A DNA stretch of 64,000 nt from Eukaryota sp. TZLM1-RC (lineage: Eukaryota; Protista; Metamonada: BaSk clade), in contig JAUPSS010000004.1 of assembly GCA_040285825.1 (NCBI GenBank), positions 2,336,550 through 2,400,549 on the forward strand. The letters are read 5' to 3'. Below the pieces are notes generated by a model. The model was given only the letters and a program-made list of their open reading frames with translations. It was not told the DNA's origin and searched no databases. Numbering within the stretch: position 1 is the first letter of the stretch; the number at the start of each line of letters is the position of its first letter. Both the position numbers and the translations under genes were made by a program. Of the stretch, positions 59,653 to 64,000 are shown one piece after another.

Positions 59653-61566
59653 ATGGCAAATCCAGAGTTGCCACGTCGAGGGCGTGTACTCCCCTGGGAG
59701 GTTAACCGTCGTGAGCAACCAATAAATGACAGCAAGACGACAGTTCCAGCAAGTGCTGCTCAGTTCTTCTCTACTGCAGCTCTTGTTTCAATGGAAAGAC
59801 AGTTTCGCTATATTCGAACTGTCACTGTGCTTACTGCCCAGTTAGCACAGCTGTTCGTCCTGCAATATCCGGAAATGGCTTTCTGGTTATATCAACAACA
59901 GTTTTGGTATCAATGTCAAGACTTTGTAATGGTACCTCATCCGACTGTGAGACGCCCATTCGAGAATCATATGGAAGTGTACCGCGCACTATATGATGTC
60001 TCTTTCCGACCTGGCTGGCCGTTTCCTCCTATTGGCTTTCAGAAGGGAACCGACAACTGGTGCCACTCTGACATTAGAAGCTTTCGCGCACTGCAAATGG
60101 CGAACAGCTTTTGTCAAATACTTACTGATGGCCCTGTCTCCTGGAAGCTGAACTTCTTCCGGACAATGGCTATTTTCTTTGAGTGCCCCTGCCCAACGAA
60201 ATATGCTTCATTAGTAGTGAACACGACTGCAGCCACTATTCCTGACTCTTTGCGCACATGGTATGATGAAGGTCACCATGAGTACATAATGGACCTATTT
60301 ATTCAGCAGGTTGCCGACCCTCATCGTTTTGACGCTTCGTTATTGCTGGACAATGTTGATCTCAGTCCAGACAACATCACCTTCTTATTCACTGCTGGGC
60401 TAAATATTTTATCCTTTCTGGAAAATATTGCATCTGACACCATGCGAAGAAATGCCGTGTCCCCATCCCCCAGTTATTCACCTGGCTTTATCTCTTTTAG
60501 TCAACAACTGGAAAAGCATTTTCTCTCTTTTAATGCCAACCGCTGTCTGCTGAAAGATCCGTTTGTATTTTTCAGAAAAAAGAAGTATCTGACTTACACA
60601 ATCAGTTCAGATGCTGTTTCAATCCGCTTCACTTTTTCTTTTGCCCCCAAAAAAAATAAGAATCGCCGGACAGCCAGAGAATTGGCAACCACCATAGCCA
60701 GTGGGGAACTCGATATACCTGCAAAGAGTCGGAAGCGAAACTCTAGACTTCAACAACAGGTTCGTCCTAGGCAACGTCGAAGAACTGACGACGCCTATGA
60801 GCCTCCGCCAGTTGATCCAATTGAATATTCATTTTGTGCAATTGATCCTAATCACAAAAATTTGTGTGGTTATTCAATTGGATCAAGAATTGATAATAAC
60901 AATGTTGATCATCAACTTTCGGGCCTTGTTCTGAATCCAAACGCAAAGAAGATCATTCACCCCCCGGTCCTGACCCATGCATCACCAAATTGCTATTTTG
61001 CTAAGAATTTACACAAATATCTTAATGAAGTAGCAATGCCTTTGATGTGGGTACCGACACAGGAAGAAATCAGCAATCCCGACTTCCGTCCGAGAACTAT
61101 ACTAGACCAACTGCTGATAAATGGAGATCGCCGAGCCCTGCGCCGCAACAAGTTTGATTTCTTTATAAGAAGGCAAAAAATAATAATGGGATTAATTGAA
61201 AAAATTAAACTAATGGCTAATGGAAGAGAAACCATAATTTGGTTTGGTAGTGGAGGTGATGGGCCATCAAGACAATCTGTGAAAACCCCAAGGAAGCGCT
61301 TTTTGAAGGAGATTCAGAAACATTTTACATATGTGAAGCCTAATGGAGATGAATTCTACACATCTGCCAAAACGAATTGCTGTAAGGTGTTCAATCAAAA
61401 GTTGTATCACGATGATGGGAGGGTGAACAATGATAAGTTTGTATGCCCTCAATGTCAGACACTCTGGTCGAGGGACATCTCAGCTTCCAGAAACCAACTG
61501 GAGATTGCCATAAGTGAGCACTACTACAATGAAAGACCTGAGGCGTTCCGGAGACCCCATAGATAA
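59653..61566 (+). CDS. Intact Fanzor1-type RNA-guided endonuclease, 637 aa
   Basis: ISSDAVSI, RuvC-I AIDPNHKNL (D398), rearranged Glu in DEFYTS (E567), CC..CPQC zinc site, RuvC-III WSRDISASRN (D608), terminal ERP. Confidence 0.9.
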   Translation: MANPELPRRGRVLPWEVNRREQPINDSKTTVPASAAQFFSTAALVSMERQFRYIRTVTVLTAQLAQLFVLQYPEMAFWLYQQQFWYQCQDFVMVPHPTVRRPFENHMEVYRALYDVSFRPGWPFPPIGFQKGTDNWCHSDIRSFRALQMANSFCQILTDGPVSWKLNFFRTMAIFFECPCPTKYASLVVNTTAATIPDSLRTWYDEGHHEYIMDLFIQQVADPHRFDASLLLDNVDLSPDNITFLFTAGLNILSFLENIASDTMRRNAVSPSPSYSPGFISFSQQLEKHFLSFNANRCLLKDPFVFFRKKKYLTYTISSDAVSIRFTFSFAPKKNKNRRTARELATTIASGELDIPAKSRKRNSRLQQQVRPRQRRRTDDAYEPPPVDPIEYSFCAIDPNHKNLCGYSIGSRIDNNNVDHQLSGLVLNPNAKKIIHPPVLTHASPNCYFAKNLHKYLNEVAMPLMWVPTQEEISNPDFRPRTILDQLLINGDRRALRRNKFDFFIRRQKIIMGLIEKIKLMANGRETIIWFGSGGDGPSRQSVKTPRKRFLKEIQKHFTYVKPNGDEFYTSAKTNCCKVFNQKLYHDDGRVNNDKFVCPQCQTLWSRDISASRNQLEIAISEHYYNERPEAFRRPHR

Positions 61567-61732
61567 GTGTCATTCCATGTATTGCGTACCTGTACGCGTA
61601 TTGTGATGTTGCTGCTTTAACTATCATTTGATCGTGATATCATATAGTGATAGATCTAAAGTAAGCTTAACGTCTATCAAGATTGCATGAATTGGTCAAA
61701 ACCCAGAAGTGCGTTTTGTTAGAAATTCACAG
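61567..61732 (+). ncRNA. Putative omegaRNA scaffold of Fanzor B
   Basis: 166-nt non-coding segment conserved with 16505-16669, diverging abruptly after GAAATTCACA; stems GCGTAC/GTACGC and CTATCA/TGATAG. Confidence 0.75.
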
Positions 61733-61963
61733 TAAATATCAATCTACAGTAATTAGTCTCACTGAGACTAATTTTGTTCTCGAATTTTTCGATCTTATTC
61801 TAGTCTTGTTTTTTTGGGCGAAATATACATCAGGATACACCTTTCTACATCAAAAGTTGCTGAGAAATTCGCAAATAAGCTGTTATTTTATAAGTGCACT
61901 AAAGGATATCTTTTTACTAGGTTTCCCTAATAGACATTAGTAAATAGGTGCAAGTATCTGTTG

Positions 61964-62227
61964 ATGTCAGACTTTCCATACCCATTTCCTGAACATCCCA
62001 GTGAGTCCGGATCAAGAACAGAGGGTGCAGGTAGACTTGATGAAGTGATTTTGAAATCTGGCAAAATGGATTGTGATCTACGGATGTTACACTTTGTACA
62101 AGATGAAGCAACATTGCGAGAGAAATATCAACAGTTAAATGACGAACGGGAAAAACTGCTATCGTTTTTGGCAAAGAACCTGCGAGATAAGATTGATAAA
62201 TATAACAAAAAATACAATTTCAAGTAA
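61964..62227 (+). CDS. Small hypothetical coiled-coil protein
   Basis: 87-aa ORF with coding-like composition, convergent with SmD1. Confidence 0.5.
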   Translation: MSDFPYPFPEHPSESGSRTEGAGRLDEVILKSGKMDCDLRMLHFVQDEATLREKYQQLNDEREKLLSFLAKNLRDKIDKYNKKYNFK

Positions 62228-62337
62228 ATAAGAACCCTATAGATTTATTGGAAAATAGTTCTGAATTTAATGCAGAAAATTATAAATGTATACAGAAATC
62301 TTGAAAAATAAATGATAATCACAATAAAAGGAAAGGA

Positions 62338-62673
62338 TTACCTGCTTCTCTTAGAAGGTCTACCTCTTGGTGCACCTCGTGTACGTTTGGCCTGAGCCTT
62401 GACGATTCCTCGGGCTTTTATTGGTTCGGGAGTTAAAAAGGTGTCCAGATTGAGAGAGTCTGATAATAGTATGTATCGGATGGTGTTGCCACGGACAGAC
62501 ATGTTGTCGATAAGTGCAGGAGCTCGATTTGCAACAGTCATTTTTGCAGTTTTGAGGAAAACATTCATGGACATATCAACGCCTTGAACAGTACCCTCAA
62601 TAACAGTCCCATTCTTGAGTTCAACTCGAACTGTGTCATTAACTAAGCGTTGCAGCAGCTGTACCAGTTTCAT
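62338..62673 (-). CDS. SNRPD1: Small nuclear ribonucleoprotein Sm D1
   Basis: MKLV..L..L..DTVRVELKNGT..GT..GVDMSMN, SVRGNTIRYILL.DSLNLDT, RG-rich tail. Confidence 0.93.
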   Translation of the reverse strand: MKLVQLLQRLVNDTVRVELKNGTVIEGTVQGVDMSMNVFLKTAKMTVANRAPALIDNMSVRGNTIRYILLSDSLNLDTFLTPEPIKARGIVKAQAKRTRGAPRGRPSKRSR

Positions 62674-62731
62674 TCGTGCAGATATTGTCTATAACAATGA
62701 AATAAGCACTGATGTAGAGGGACTGAGTTTT

Positions 62732-64000
62732 TGTGAAGTGGAAGTTTTTCTCCATCATTCAACTTTGAACCTTATTCCATGTTGGTCTATCTTCACCATT
62801 TACATGGACTTCCATGACTGTCAATTTTTTGGATGTACTATTTCTATCACTATTTCACAGGCTTTTGCATGATTTACACAAGGTAAGTCTGTGATGAATA
62901 GACGTCTCCTCTTTAAATGCCTGCTAGAACCAAGCTTCTTTCTGTTGAATTTGTAACTTCTTGTCGCTTGGTTCCAGCGGATTCACTGTATCTTCTTTTA
63001 TGGATCTTCATCAGGCCTTGTGATAATTGTTGTTGATCCGCAATTGTTGAAATCATAAAATATTTAAAAATGTATCATTTTTGTTTTCAACATCAATTGA
63101 CTGTGACTTTGGGAATGTTTGGGGCAAATTTATTTTCTTAATGAGTCCTAAAGTTTTCCCCTGTGTTTTTAATGCATAAATTTATTCCGATGAAATTTCC
63201 ACTCTGATGGATTTCACTTCCACTTTCACCTGCTTAATAAGGAATCCCAAGTTAAATGAGTAATCAAGTTGTGGGAGATTATATTTTTCCCAGGCATTTT
63301 AGTGGTACTTCACCTCTAAATATACTTATTGTTCTCTCAAATCATTGGATAAATTCCACAAGTGTTTGGATCTGTTTATTTGACGTTGAATGCATAATTG
63401 GATTTATCAATTACCGTGGCAGTGGCCTTAATTATTGTTAATAAAGTGTTATTTCCTGTACTATCTCTTTGTCTTTTCAAATTCATAATTCAAGACCAAA
63501 ATTTTCGTTGATTTTGAGTGTACCTGAAAAAACATATTTGTCTCTTTGAGGTTTTTTAAATGAGTCAATCCAGTAGCTAAATTTACAGCAAAAGAGTAGA
63601 TCAGATTTACCTGGACCAGCAACAGCAGAGGTCATTCCTTGATATTGAGAAGGATTGATATCAGGCTCATCGATATATGTTGCTTTTTCTTGGAATTCTT
63701 TTGCCGTTACCTTGTATTGTTTCAACTCCATTCTACGTTGAATGAACGATACTGTTTCTCCAAAAGTCTTGATGCTCCAAATGATGTACATTCAATTTTC
63801 TGAATAAAGTTTGGTGTTTTAATCTTATTCCTTTTATATTGGTGTCCATCAAACCATATCCCCTTTTTCACAACACATAAATAAGCCAACTTCTTACCAA
63901 GAATGTCCTTATGTTCGGAAAAGTACAGGTACAACAAACTTGTCTTTTCAAATTTGATTATTAGATGATATACAAGATTATATCAAGGCAGAACAACAAA
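62732..64000 (-). mobile_element. Fanzor family E, heavily decayed (runs off the window end)
   Basis: RuvC-I-like AVAGPGKSDLLFC (63483-63791). A minus frame at ~62770-62900 reads IHHRLTLCKSCKSL*NSDRNS...NGEDRPTW. TTCACA at 62732-62737. Confidence 0.65.

Larger units (their letters stand above)
58429..61732 (+). mobile_element. Fanzor family B copy 2 as delimited by a 13-bp direct repeat (core element from ~59390)
   Basis: TAAATATCAATCT at 58416-58428 and 61733-61745; the second copy directly follows GAAATTCACAG. Confidence 0.65.

Overview
Compact, AT-rich, almost intron-free eukaryotic (protist-like) DNA read in the standard code; the organism cannot be named from sequence alone. About 20 host genes (SDA1, HUS1-like, amino-acid transporter, HAD protein, TRM61, aldose 1-epimerase, receptor-type adenylate cyclase, CSN2, SPT6, MAD2, UNG, SmD1 and others) plus one tRNA-His are separated by transposon islands. 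The islands hold three groups of elements. (i) At least 11 copies or fragments from about 5 families of Fanzor (eukaryotic TnpB-like RNA-guided nuclease) elements, which I label Fz-A to Fz-E; one is intact (59653-61566) and no transposase is seen in the window. (ii) Three families of CRE-like non-LTR retrotransposons with a restriction-like endonuclease (RLE-1/2/3). (iii) Ty3/Gypsy material: a decayed element, a 1.6-kb non-autonomous LTR element and a solo LTR. Main candidate new system: the Fanzor elements keep a fixed 3' end (...GAAATTCACAG-like), have variable or truncated 5' ends, and in two clear cases are flanked by 10-13-bp target-site duplications. That is a LINE-like signature rather than a cut-and-paste one. 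Every intact Fanzor 3' end also points into the 5' end of a co-oriented host gene, mostly 10-80 bp before the ATG.
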